Part shown: positions 63,856 through 64,000 of the stretch, piece after piece
How the letters are laid out: every line of letters starts with the position of its first letter
How positions within the stretch are numbered: the first letter of the stretch is position 1
Source of the DNA: an uncultured Fibrobacteraceae bacterium
GTDB lineage: Bacteria; Krumholzibacteriota; Krumholzibacteriia; LZORAL124-64-63
Length of the DNA: 64,000 nucleotides
NCBI GenBank assembly: GCA_964389015.1
Contig: CAYMCR010000001.1
Coordinates: 4,561-68,560, forward strand
Direction of reading: 5' to 3'
Notes under the pieces: generated by a model
The model's input: only the letters and a program-made list of their open reading frames with translations
Told to the model about the DNA's origin: nothing
The model's database searches: none
Program-made: the position numbers and the translations under genes

Positions 63856-64000
63856 TCAGATGAGCTTCCGGATGCGCTCGCCCCTGCTCAACAGCTTGTT
63901 GATCCGGACCGCGAACTGTTCGTCCACGACGACCACCTCGCCCCGGGCGAGCAGGACACCGTTGACGAGGATGTCGACCGGCTCGGACGGCGATTTTCCG
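63856..64000 (-). CDS. fliN: Flagellar motor switch protein FliN, C-terminal fragment (5' end beyond window)
   Basis: My hand translation gives ...PVDILVNGVLLARGEVVVVDEQFAVRINKLLSRGERIRKLI*. This matches the FliN/SpoA C-terminal consensus (LDILINGYLIAQGEVVVV..KYGVRITDII). Stop at 63856-63858, 1 nt before the fliO start. Confidence 0.75.
   Translation of the reverse strand, partial: GKSPSEPVDILVNGVLLARGEVVVVDEQFAVRINKLLSRGERIRKLI

Overview
This is a high-GC (about 68%) bacterial chromosomal segment. Nearly every gene is on the minus strand, with very short, often ATGA-overlapping junctions. Only two genes are on the plus strand (rpsT, mltD).

From 1 to 50 kb the content is housekeeping: GAF protein (partial), mutS, a SPOR/TPR protein, lapB, lapA, miaB, an mtaB-like paralog, rpsA, a cmk-plsC fusion, hisC, rluB, scpB, scpA, trpS, xerD, uvrC, rpsT, dapB, dapA, dapF, a lipoprotein, argF, hslU, hslV, xerC, trmFO, topA, a small hypothetical protein, secA, a CTP-transferase-like membrane protein, slt, an M6 metalloprotease with a T9SS-type C-terminal sorting domain, guaA, purH, purC, comEC, a GGDEF cyclase, mltD and a FadL/PorV-like outer-membrane protein.

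The last 11 kb is a flagellar export and regulation cluster: fliN (partial), fliO, fliP, fliQ, fliR, flhB, flhA, flhF, a small 2-TM protein, fliA, two small unknown proteins and a FleQ-like sigma54 activator. It has sigma54-type promoters in front of fliP and fliA and a tandem-palindrome operator in front of the activator gene.

LapA/LapB (LPS), a T9SS C-terminal domain and flagella at this GC content suggest an FCB-group (Gemmatimonadota-like) organism. That is an inference only.

The most interesting region is the non-canonical flagellar regulatory segment: no flhG/fleN, fliA with a C-terminal extension, and three uncharacterised small proteins next to a FleQ-like regulator. Other notable items are a Cmk-PlsC gene fusion, a secreted-protease/transglycosylase/polyprenol-kinase-like operon ahead of secA, and an S1 protein with a long repetitive acidic tail.

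No tRNA, rRNA, CRISPR array or mobile element was seen. Many long ORFs in the supplied track are antisense or frame shadows of real genes, as expected at this GC content. Start sites I refined by counting codons from track coordinates. In two places (about 37034 and 46061) my base-level reading of a homopolymer disagreed with the track by 1-2 nt, so treat those coordinates as +/-3 nt.
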